Assembly: GCA_964650355.1 (NCBI GenBank)
Contig: CAZYTL010000003.1
Coordinates: forward strand, 65,750-129,749
Direction: 5' to 3'
Length of the DNA stretch: 64,000 nt
DNA from: an uncultured Gammaproteobacteria bacterium
GTDB lineage: Bacteria; Patescibacteriota; Microgenomatia; CAYXHB01; CAZYTL01
The notes under the pieces are model-generated. The model worked only from the letters and a program-made list of their open reading frames with translations. It ran no database searches and was not told the origin of the DNA. Positions 49,066 through 58,800 of the stretch are shown here, piece by piece. Numbering within the stretch: position 1 is the first letter of the stretch; every line of letters starts with the position of its first letter. The position numbers and the translations under genes are program-made.

Positions 49066-51369
49066 ATGGACAAAAAATATCGACCCCAAGATCACGAACA
49101 ACGCATCTACCAACTTTGGGAATCTTCCGGAGCCTTCACTCCCCAAATAGATCCCGATAAAAAACCCTACACCATCGTCCTTCCTCCTCCCAATGCCAGC
49201 GGTAAAATGCATATCGGCAATGTCCTCATGATTGCCATTGAAGACTTACTCATCCGGTGGAAAAGAATGCAGGGCTATAATGCCCTCTGGCTCCCAGGAA
49301 CCGACCATGCCGGATTTGAAACCCAGATTAAATACGAAAACAAATTAAAAACCCAAGGCAAATCCCGTTTTGATTTTGACCGCCAGACTCTCTACCAAAA
49401 TATCTGGGACTTTGTTCAAAACAACAAAAAGCTCATCGAAGACCAAATCAGGAGCATGGGCGCCAGCGTTGACTGGACCAGATATACCTTTACTCTTGAC
49501 CCCAAAGTCATTGATCTCGTCTTCAACACCTTCAGCAAAATGCACCAAGAAGGATATGTCTATCGAGACGATTATATGGTCAATTACTGCCCTCAGTGTG
49601 GTACCACCTTTGCTGATCTTGAAATAGTTCATCAAACTCGCCAAGATCCCCTCTACTACATCAAATATGGCCCACTTATCGTAGCCACTGTCCGTCCGGA
49701 AACTAAATTCGGTGACACTGCCCTCGCCATCCATCCGGATGATCCTCGCTACCAAAAATATATCGGCCAAGAAATCGAGGTCCAAGGTCTCTCAGAAAAA
49801 TTCAACCTCAAAGTTATCGCCGACGACATGGTCGATCCCGAATTCGGTACTGGAGTAGTTAAAATCACTCCGGCTCATGATCCCAATGACTTTGAAGCCG
49901 GTAAACGCCATAAACTTGATATCAAAAGCGTTATTGACCTCGATGGCAAACTCAATGAACTCACCGGTCCTTACCAAGGCATGACCGTCTCGCATGCGCG
50001 TGGGGTTATCGCCGCCGACCTGGAAAGAGAAAACCTCATCGAAAAAGTCGATCCCAACTATACTCACTCCGTAGCTATCTGCTACAAAGCCGGCCATGAT
50101 ATCGAACCTACCATCCTCCCTAACTGGTTTATCAAAGTCGCCGATCTCAAGAAACCTGCTCATCAAGTAGTCAAAAATAGGCAAGTAAAAATCTACCCTA
50201 AATGGCAGGAGACCAAATACCATCGCTGGATGGAAATTATGCACGACTGGCCGATCTCCAGACAAGTTGTCTGGGGCATCAGAATCCCAGCCTGGTATTC
50301 GGTCAAACAAAACCCTCACCTCATGATCACTTTTCTTAACTCCCAAAGCAAAGTCGAATCCGGCTCTATATCTGACCTTCTAAAAAATCACCCCTTTTCA
50401 GAAATCGAAGCCGGTTTACAAACCCTCATTGCCCCAAAAGACGCTAAATTTACCATTAGCAAAACCAAACCCGGAGACGATTTCCTGCAAGAAACTGACA
50501 CCTTTGACACCTGGTTCTCCTCGGGTCACTGGCCTCTGGTTACCACAGGCTACCCCTACTCTCCTGACTTCAAATACTTCTATCCCACTGACGTTTTAGA
50601 AACCGGTTGGGAAATACTTCGCCTTTGGGTTTCCCGCATGATTATGTTTGGCATCTATCACACCGGTCAGCCGCCCTTCCGTAACGTTTATTTACACGGG
50701 ATGGTCAGAGCCATTGACGGACGCAAAATGAGTAAAAGCCTGGGGAATGAAATCGTCCCTGAAGACTACCAACAACAATTCGGTACCGATGCTCTTCGTA
50801 TGGGTCTCATCATGGGCACAGCCAACGGCAAGGACTTTAACTTTCCTCATGATAAGATCCTAGCATTCCGCAATTTTGCCAACAAACTCTGGAACATCGC
50901 CAGGTTTATAGAATTGTCTTTTTCCAAAACACCAACCCCAGTCCCTTGGTATCAAGATCTCTCTCCCGAGTTACTCACTAAAGAGGATCAAAACATCATC
51001 GACCAACTCAACAAAACTATCAAAATCACGAATAAATCTCTCACTGACTACAAATTCGCTCTTGCCGCCGAAACTATCTACCATTTTGCCTGGGATGATC
51101 TAGCTTCTAACTATCTCGAAGCCATCAAACCCCGCCTCAGGCCTAAAGAAACCAAACAAACCTCTTCCGCACAGGCAGGTAACAAAACGAACGAAGACTC
51201 TAGACGTGCAGCACTTTCAATCCTCCGGCATACCTATTTCAATATTCTCAAACTTCTCCACCCCTTTATGCCTTTTGTCACCGAAGCCATCTGGCAGGAA
51301 CTCAAACATCTCCGCAAATACCCCGATCAACTGCTCATCTCCTCCAAATGGCCAAGCCTTAAAACCTAA
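49066..51369 (+). CDS. valS: valyl-tRNA synthetase lacking the C-terminal coiled coil
   Basis: PPPNASG.MHIGN, GTDHAG, DWPISRQ..WG.RIP, DTFDTWFSS, KMSKS. Confidence 0.95.
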   Translation: MDKKYRPQDHEQRIYQLWESSGAFTPQIDPDKKPYTIVLPPPNASGKMHIGNVLMIAIEDLLIRWKRMQGYNALWLPGTDHAGFETQIKYENKLKTQGKSRFDFDRQTLYQNIWDFVQNNKKLIEDQIRSMGASVDWTRYTFTLDPKVIDLVFNTFSKMHQEGYVYRDDYMVNYCPQCGTTFADLEIVHQTRQDPLYYIKYGPLIVATVRPETKFGDTALAIHPDDPRYQKYIGQEIEVQGLSEKFNLKVIADDMVDPEFGTGVVKITPAHDPNDFEAGKRHKLDIKSVIDLDGKLNELTGPYQGMTVSHARGVIAADLERENLIEKVDPNYTHSVAICYKAGHDIEPTILPNWFIKVADLKKPAHQVVKNRQVKIYPKWQETKYHRWMEIMHDWPISRQVVWGIRIPAWYSVKQNPHLMITFLNSQSKVESGSISDLLKNHPFSEIEAGLQTLIAPKDAKFTISKTKPGDDFLQETDTFDTWFSSGHWPLVTTGYPYSPDFKYFYPTDVLETGWEILRLWVSRMIMFGIYHTGQPPFRNVYLHGMVRAIDGRKMSKSLGNEIVPEDYQQQFGTDALRMGLIMGTANGKDFNFPHDKILAFRNFANKLWNIARFIELSFSKTPTPVPWYQDLSPELLTKEDQNIIDQLNKTIKITNKSLTDYKFALAAETIYHFAWDDLASNYLEAIKPRLRPKETKQTSSAQAGNKTNEDSRRAALSILRHTYFNILKLLHPFMPFVTEAIWQELKHLRKYPDQLLISSKWPSLKT

Positions 51370-51426
51370 CCTCTTCCTCCTCATCCCCCACTTCCCCCAT
51401 CTATTCCACTCCGCTATCATACAACT

Positions 51427-52245
51427 ATGGCCAAAAAAGATCCTCATCTCATCCAACGCTTCGAAGAACTTTATCCAGGTGCCGCTACTCCTAAAACCCC
51501 GACCAAACCCTTCACCACGGTCAGCCCGTTCCCTCGTAAGCCATACACTCCCGATTATCAAACCACCACTCCTCAGGAACCTGCTCCTCCCCAGCCTCTT
51601 CCTCCTCCCCCGCCTCTCCTCATCAACTATCAACCTGAATTCAAAGAAATCACTGACCAGGAAGCCCGAGACACCCTTGAATCCAACAACTTCACGGGTT
51701 TTGATCCAGTCTCCGTCCGCAAACTCCTTATCCGCAGCCCCCGAGTTCTCTTAACTGCCCTTCAACAAAAATGGTCCGATGTTCTCCTCTATCCTTGGCG
51801 TGCCGGTTGGACTGAATTCACTTCACAGGAACGCAACGCCATGCCCTGGCTATCCGCCGCCCTTGACTGGGGCATTTCATCAATAGAAATGTATGATAAC
51901 GCCCACGCTTTACCCCACGACCATCCCCTTAAAAACATTTGCCTTACCGCAGCCAAACAAATGCGCGAATGGGAACAAAACCACCCCCGATTCTCCGGTC
52001 TTGCGGCAGAGTCAAAACCCTTGGATCAACTCCTAGGCCAACCCATTCTCATCGGTTCTGACGGTTGGCCTTTGAACAAATTAGACGACGATGGTTTACC
52101 TCTGCCTGAAGAAGAACTCTATTCCAACACTTACCTCCTTTATCGTCGCTATCGTCCCCATATCTCCAAAAGACTCCAAAAACTCTTCCGCAAAATTGCC
52201 CGCGTCGCTCTGGAAAAAGGCCGCATCATATTAATCCAACCATAA
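51427..52245 (+). CDS. hypothetical protein with Pro-rich N-terminus
   Basis: 272-aa ORF preceded by TATCAT. Confidence 0.65.
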   Translation: MAKKDPHLIQRFEELYPGAATPKTPTKPFTTVSPFPRKPYTPDYQTTTPQEPAPPQPLPPPPPLLINYQPEFKEITDQEARDTLESNNFTGFDPVSVRKLLIRSPRVLLTALQQKWSDVLLYPWRAGWTEFTSQERNAMPWLSAALDWGISSIEMYDNAHALPHDHPLKNICLTAAKQMREWEQNHPRFSGLAAESKPLDQLLGQPILIGSDGWPLNKLDDDGLPLPEEELYSNTYLLYRRYRPHISKRLQKLFRKIARVALEKGRIILIQP

Positions 52246-52383
52246 CCAGACCGCCAAACCACCTAACCTCTCTTCTTTATCTGCTTATATCCGTATTACT
52301 GCTTTCGTCCCTCAATCCTGACTACCCCTACCCTTTTCTCCTCAAACTCGGTATCATGAAAATAGTAATTTCACTACTCTTCC

Positions 52384-55032
52384 ATGGCTTCAAAACGAGA
52401 TTCACAAACAACCAATCGCGGCAATCCTCTTGAAGGCTATCAAAATTATGACAAAACCCAATTCGCCCAAGATCTCCTCAATGGTAAAATCTCTCCTTAT
52501 AGCAAAGAAGCGCATCAATTCGCCCAACAAATATTAAACGACCAAGCTGCCAGTCCTGCGTCTCAAAAATTCGCTCAGGACTTACTCTCAGGAAAACTCA
52601 GCAGTCCACCTCTCAAATCCGCTCAAGACATTGCCAAGGAAGAGCCTCCCCCAAAAACCGGATCAAAAACCCTTGCCAAAGGTACGGCAATTGACACTTC
52701 CAAACTCGTTCCTCCCCCCACCGGTTTTCCTTCCTCACTTTTCCGGAAACCACCCACAGGCAAAGACATTCTTGTTGGCGACATTTCTATTGACCCCAAC
52801 CAGCCACTCCCGCCGGAAACCCAACGCCAACTCCTGGAGCGCTACCAAAACGATCTTCTCGCCGGCCAGGAAGCTCTGGCGCACCAGAAAAACATTCCTG
52901 CTCCGGTTGCCCACGACATCGTTGCCCTCGACACCGCTTTCGACCTGCTTAAAAAACGCGGTCACTGGGATCCAAAGCTTGAACAGCAACTCTATAAGGA
53001 CAACCAAACCGCCTTGGCACCTCTAAAACCCACAGCTCTCTCTCCAGAAGAACAACAACAATTAATGACCGACGCCGCCCACAATGTCCTCGAAGCCAGC
53101 AAAATTGCTGCCCAAGGCAAAACCATCCCCGAACCTCTCCGCTTGGAACTCGTTAAAAACGAAATCAAAATCTCTGATCTTCGGGCCCACGGAGGGCTAG
53201 ACCTAAATGTAGAAGAACAGGTTATTAAACAATTGGAAGTTGATCAAGCTCCACTCCTGACCACTCCTGCCATCGCCGCTCCATCACCACCCTCCGGAGC
53301 AGTCCAAGTTCCTCCTTCGCGTGAACAATTAGCAGCTCAACCCAAAATGGCCTTTGCTGTCCCCAAAGAAGTTCGTTCATTAATCCGCAAACCCTTCGAC
53401 GCTGCCCGCCATGAAGTTTCCAAACAGGCTCAGTCCGAAGTCAAGAAACTCGCCGAAAAACGCACTAAATCCGCTGCCCAAAAAGCCGTGGGCAAAGCCA
53501 CCAAAAGCACCCTCATGAAACTCGGCTCCAAGGCTTTAGCCATTGCCTCTGGTGTCGGCGCCGCCGTCCTCACCGCCGTTGGCATCACCCGCTTCCTTTG
53601 GAAACACAAAGAACTTGTCCTCGCCGCCCTCTCCTGGCTCATGCTCCAACTCGCCGCTCTCATCAACCTCATCATCGGCTCAGTCTTTGTCTTAACCGGA
53701 GCAGTCGTTGGTTTCGTCATCGCCGGACCGATCGGTGCCGTTGTCGGCGGCGCAGCCGGCTACGCCCTCCAATCCTGGCTCCGCACTTTGGGCCACGGCA
53801 GCACTGCCCAAGGTTTGGGCATCGCCACCAAACACTTAGCCGGCCAAACCACCGCTATAGTTGACGCCACCACCGGCCAAGTTGTTACCGTAGTCGACTC
53901 AGGCATCGGTGGTATTCTCTCCGGAGCCACTATCGTCCCAGCCAGCCTAGTTGCTCTCCCTGTCTTCGCTGCCCTAGGCACCGCCGGGTTCATGACCTTC
54001 TTTGTCATGATGCATATCCTCGTTGCCTTCACCGTTCCCAATCCTTTAGGCACCACCTTTCAATATCCCACCGGGCCTAATGTTCCTCCCGGCAGTGTCG
54101 TTCCCAATCCCGCCCAGCCTAACTCTCAACAACTACTAGACATCATGGAATCTGCTGCTAACAAAGCCTGTATTCCTTCTGCCCTCCTCAGCGCCATCAT
54201 GCAAACTGAAGGTGGCGGTTCTTTTAACTGGAGCGATGCTCAGGTTACCCGTTTCGGCGGATCTGTCCGTTGGTGGGAAAACGCGCTCCTCTCTAACGGC
54301 ACTCGCGGCAATTGCTACCTCACTCATGACGCTAGTTCTACCAGCGAATGCGGCCGAGGCCAAGGCTATTGCTTCGACGCCTGCACCGACTCCGGTCTTT
54401 GCTCAGGACAAGACGAATATGTCGCCGTTTATGGTTGGCCATCAGGAAACTGCTCGAGTCTATCCGGGCAACCCTGTAAAAGTGTTCCCTCCGCCCAAAT
54501 TTGTCCTCTCCGAAAAACTCGCCAATGCACCCTCTACGATGTCTACGGTATTACCCAATTTCGCCGCGTCACTTTCCACGGTGGTAGCTGTACAGATCGC
54601 GAAGGCCTCCAAGGTGAACCTCCCAGATATGGAAGCCCGCCCGCTTCCATCCAATGTCTCCAAGGTATCGCTTCCCGAATCGGGATCACCAACCATGGCC
54701 CCCCTAACCGTTGCCACGCTGGAGACGCTATCCAGGCCACCTCATTCTTTATCCAAGACAGGGCCCAAATCTCCTGTCCCTTTGATCCCACCCAATGGAA
54801 AATTGGTAATATCTGTGCCGTCGCCAGAAGCTATTGTGGCTCCTGCGGCACCGTTGCCGATCCAAATAGTTCCAACTATGTCACCGCCCAAATGTATCAA
54901 CAATACCCAGAACTCTATCCTTGTTATCCATATTATGGCAACCCTGGATCAAACCCCGAAGGTTGCACTTCAGGCAACGAGGGTTATTGCGATAAAATCT
55001 ACCGCCTCTACATCGGCAGCGGCAGCCCTTAA
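52384..55032 (+). CDS. large membrane protein with Gly-zipper TMs and a Cys-rich lytic-transglycosylase-like C-terminus
   Basis: GAVVG...GAVVGG TM region; PSALLSAIMQTE, YGITQF, VARSY, GYCDKI resemble SLT motifs. Confidence 0.6.
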   Translation: MASKRDSQTTNRGNPLEGYQNYDKTQFAQDLLNGKISPYSKEAHQFAQQILNDQAASPASQKFAQDLLSGKLSSPPLKSAQDIAKEEPPPKTGSKTLAKGTAIDTSKLVPPPTGFPSSLFRKPPTGKDILVGDISIDPNQPLPPETQRQLLERYQNDLLAGQEALAHQKNIPAPVAHDIVALDTAFDLLKKRGHWDPKLEQQLYKDNQTALAPLKPTALSPEEQQQLMTDAAHNVLEASKIAAQGKTIPEPLRLELVKNEIKISDLRAHGGLDLNVEEQVIKQLEVDQAPLLTTPAIAAPSPPSGAVQVPPSREQLAAQPKMAFAVPKEVRSLIRKPFDAARHEVSKQAQSEVKKLAEKRTKSAAQKAVGKATKSTLMKLGSKALAIASGVGAAVLTAVGITRFLWKHKELVLAALSWLMLQLAALINLIIGSVFVLTGAVVGFVIAGPIGAVVGGAAGYALQSWLRTLGHGSTAQGLGIATKHLAGQTTAIVDATTGQVVTVVDSGIGGILSGATIVPASLVALPVFAALGTAGFMTFFVMMHILVAFTVPNPLGTTFQYPTGPNVPPGSVVPNPAQPNSQQLLDIMESAANKACIPSALLSAIMQTEGGGSFNWSDAQVTRFGGSVRWWENALLSNGTRGNCYLTHDASSTSECGRGQGYCFDACTDSGLCSGQDEYVAVYGWPSGNCSSLSGQPCKSVPSAQICPLRKTRQCTLYDVYGITQFRRVTFHGGSCTDREGLQGEPPRYGSPPASIQCLQGIASRIGITNHGPPNRCHAGDAIQATSFFIQDRAQISCPFDPTQWKIGNICAVARSYCGSCGTVADPNSSNYVTAQMYQQYPELYPCYPYYGNPGSNPEGCTSGNEGYCDKIYRLYIGSGSP

Positions 55033-55066
55033 CTCATCATAAAATCAAAAATCAATCCAACAATTT

Positions 55067-55114
55067 TCAGCCAATGGCTGATCGGCGGTTCGACTGAGCT
55101 CACCGTCGAAGTCC
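55067..55114. repeat. composite palindromic repeat
   Basis: tcagccaatggctga followed by ggttcgactgagctcaccgtcgaagtcc; related to 5021, 8121, 35328, 45701. Confidence 0.7.
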
Positions 55115-55145
55115 CCCAACCGAAACAATTTAACCATTTATATCC

Positions 55146-55826
55146 ATGAAGATCCCTTCTCTCTCAATTCCCAAACTCCCTCCCCAAAAATGGCTCTTTA
55201 TTGCCATCTTAGCTTTTGTTGCCCTCATCATCACCCTCCTAGCCACTCGTCCCTTCAGCCTAAAAGTCACTCAAACCGATCCCCGTGATCAACAAACCGA
55301 AGTTCCTCTTAACTACCTCTTAACCGTCACTTTCAACCGCCCGGTTAATTCTCGGATCCAACCCTCCTTGCTCATTACTTTCGAGCCACCGGTCACCGGC
55401 CAAATATCTTTTAGTGCTGACCAGACTCAAGCTGTCTTTCAACCAAACGACTTTTATCAACCAGACACCCAGTATACCGTTACCGTCACCGGTCAAACCA
55501 TCAAAGATTTCACCTTCACCTTTCATACTCGTACTCAGATTGAACTTCCCCACTTTCCCCTGCTTAACCCCTCCTCTCCTCCAGCCGGTCCTCAAAGTCT
55601 TCAAGAGAAAAAACAACAACTCCTTAGCCACCTCCCTTACTATGGAAAAAACTTCTATATTCAATACACCTTGCTCGGAGACTTCATCTATGTCAACATC
55701 TTTACCGACCCGGTAGAGCAGGCCAAACAACAAGCCATCGCCTGGCTCAAAACTCAAGGCTTTGACGACCCTGAAAACCAACTCAACATCCGTTATACTT
55801 TTCCTAAAAGCTTTAATCCCAAATAA
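55146..55826 (+). CDS. membrane-anchored bacterial Ig-like (Big_5-type) protein
   Basis: TM then VTQTDP.D...VP....LTVTFNRPV...DTQYTVTV...FTFHT. Confidence 0.75.
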   Translation: MKIPSLSIPKLPPQKWLFIAILAFVALIITLLATRPFSLKVTQTDPRDQQTEVPLNYLLTVTFNRPVNSRIQPSLLITFEPPVTGQISFSADQTQAVFQPNDFYQPDTQYTVTVTGQTIKDFTFTFHTRTQIELPHFPLLNPSSPPAGPQSLQEKKQQLLSHLPYYGKNFYIQYTLLGDFIYVNIFTDPVEQAKQQAIAWLKTQGFDDPENQLNIRYTFPKSFNPK

Positions 55827-55831
55827 TTTCT

Positions 55832-58800
55832 ATGTCAAACCTCCACTCCAACCAACTAATTACCAATTACTACTTACTAATTACATCTCTCTTTCTTATT
55901 CTACTTGCTACCTCCTACTTGCTACTTACTAATAAGGTCTCTGCCCAAGGAGTCGATTGTACTACCGCACCCACAGGCGCGTGCTGTAACGACTCATCAA
56001 TCTGTCAAGGTGAAACTTGCGCTTTCGTTCCCGGAGCACCTTGCGGCGATTCCTTTTGTCGAGACATCTACGATAATCCTCGTAACACCGGAGAATGCTG
56101 CGGAGGCTCAGATCTCTGTAATACCAGTGGAAACTGTGCTTTCGTTCCAGGTGCTTCATCGAAATGCTCAGGAGGTGGCGGTAACGTCACTCCATCTCCC
56201 GGCGTGACCCCCGACCCGGATCTCATCGACTACACTCCTCCCACCACCTACGGTGCCAATCAGCGCTGTGCAGGCAAAGAAACCAACGCCTTATCATCTC
56301 GTCCCGTCGAATGTGGAGTTTGCTACGACTACACACCCAAAGCCACTAACGCTTGTACCAATCCCAACATCACCGCCACCGCCACTCTGGAATACTCAGC
56401 AAACGAAGGCTTCACCTGCGGTACTGGTGAATGTAAATATGATAAAAGCGCCTGCACTGTCGAACAGGCACCTTTCTATAACTGCTGCACTGCCGTCACT
56501 GACCCCGAAGTCCGAGACAGAGCCGACATGCCTCCCCTTGGAGCAGATTGCGATCCTTGTGCTGACTGCGGCTACTGGGTAGAAGATAACTGCGGCGAAA
56601 ACGGTAACCCCCCTCAAATCCCGGAAACCCAACAGCTTCTGGTCGGTCCCAAACCTTGGAGCGGTATCTTCGCCGTTGACACCCGAGTACCCAGAGAAAC
56701 CATCCTTCCCTTTGCCGGCAATGACAACGAGGAATCCCTGGAGCGCTACATCGCCGACTACTTCGACGGCACCATCTACTATAAATCCGCCATCGATCCA
56801 GAATCTCACCCTCCCGACCTTTCAAACGATCCCTTCCCCATCTACAACCACCACGTCACCAGCTACTACGACATCCCTCCCTTCGATCCCCGATTCGTTT
56901 CCTATTCCGGGATTTTTTCCAAACTCGCTCCCCAAGCCTATCAGGACCGCCTTAAACAAGGCATCATCCATCGAGTCATCGAAGCCAACTATAACCAGAC
57001 CAATCAGCCAGTTCACAATATCACCATCAGATCCTGGCACGGGGACCAGGTCCAATTACTCAACTTCTTTGTCCTTCCCCAGCAACCTCCCCGTATGCGC
57101 CCTCTAGCTCCCAATGAAGGCGGCGGCGGCACCTGGGATCAATACGTTCAGTCCCTCACCGCCTGGAGTGTTCGCGACGGTGGCAAATGGTACCGCCTCT
57201 GGTCATACGTTCCTATCTCTTCCAGGGAAGACACTCCAGGCGAACTTGTTCCCATTCCCCAAACTCCAGCTTACGTCATTCCCTTAAATTCATCCATCGA
57301 AGGTCCGCCTCTCGCTGACAACCCATCTAATCAAATTCAACTAACAACTCCAGCCCTAAGCTGGTCCTCCACTGGCGGAAATAGCCAACCTGCCTCGCCT
57401 AGTCAAGGCGGACAGCTAACAGCCGATTCATCCCTCATCGCTTCCAGCACTGTCTATAGTCCTTCAACCGCATCATCAAACACATCTCCATCATCGCCCT
57501 CTTCCGCCCCTGATAATTCTGTCCTCCTAGCTCAAGTAGACCAACATGATCCTGACCCCACCTGTTTCGAAGACTACATCCCCTTCGGCGGAACTAAGGA
57601 GTTCGATGGATATTGCACCGCCATCGCCGAACATGGGGATTACAGTTGTTCAGATGGTACTACCTGTCACCCCGACCGACATCTATGTTATAACACCACC
57701 TGTAGCATCGAAGACCAATATGTGTACGAGGGTCACTGCAAATGCGAACCTAAGCAATGCCCCAACGGCACCGATGCAGAATGCAACGACAACGATCCTT
57801 GCACCACCGATACCTGCAACCAAACTACCAAAGTATGTAATGAACCAGAACCCATCATTGGTTGCGTCAAACCTCCGCCTTGGGTCAATCTCCAACAACC
57901 TCACTCTGCCCGTCTCTACCAAACCGAACGCCAAGTCCGCGCCCTCCTCAAGCCCGCCGACGCCCGCGGCGTCCCCACCGCCCAAACCACCACCGAATCA
58001 CCGTTAAATGCTTACGCTCCCACCACTACCTCCTCTACTTCTCCGGCATCTCAGCTTGCTTCTCTTCAACCTTTCTCTCCCGCTAATTCTCAACTAACAG
58101 CTAATTCGTCCCTCCTCGCCCAAGTCTCTCCCTCTCCAACCGCGTCACCGTCTCCAAACCCTAACGCCAGTCCCACTCCCAACCCCATAGTCGGTAGCAA
58201 TTATAGTAGTTGTGCTCCAGCCTTCCTAGATATCGTCCCCATCGCTACTCATGCCACAGGTAGCGGATACATCTGTGAATTCGCCGTCAACATCAGAGAA
58301 AACCAACCTTGCATCAGAGCCTTTGATACCGCCTGCTGTGAAAACGGAGACCAAGGCCTCCCCACTCCCGACGACTGCCCTATCCCCTGGTATCATTCAT
58401 GCAACTTTCCCAGGCTTAATGATATCCCTTGGGCATATCCTTTAGGAGATGCCGCCTGGCAAATTGATGTTACTACTCCCAGCGGATATCACGCTTATCC
58501 TGTACCAATCCACAAAATTGCCGTGGGCGGAGACTTGGCTTCCGGTATTGTCCACTGGGGAGAGATCGCGCTTGGCTACGGTGAGACCATGAACGCCCAA
58601 GGCTACTTCCTCAATGGGTTTAATTGGAATACCTATGAAATAGACAAACACAACTTTCCCGGATCAGCTTACTGGCAGTGGATCATTAGTGGTTTAGGAC
58701 CATCCGGCACCCTTACCTGTCAAGCCCCTCCCCAAGGAGGATGGGCTGATGCAGCAGCAGGAGAAGAATTCGACTGCAAATGTAACCGCACCGGCCCCAT

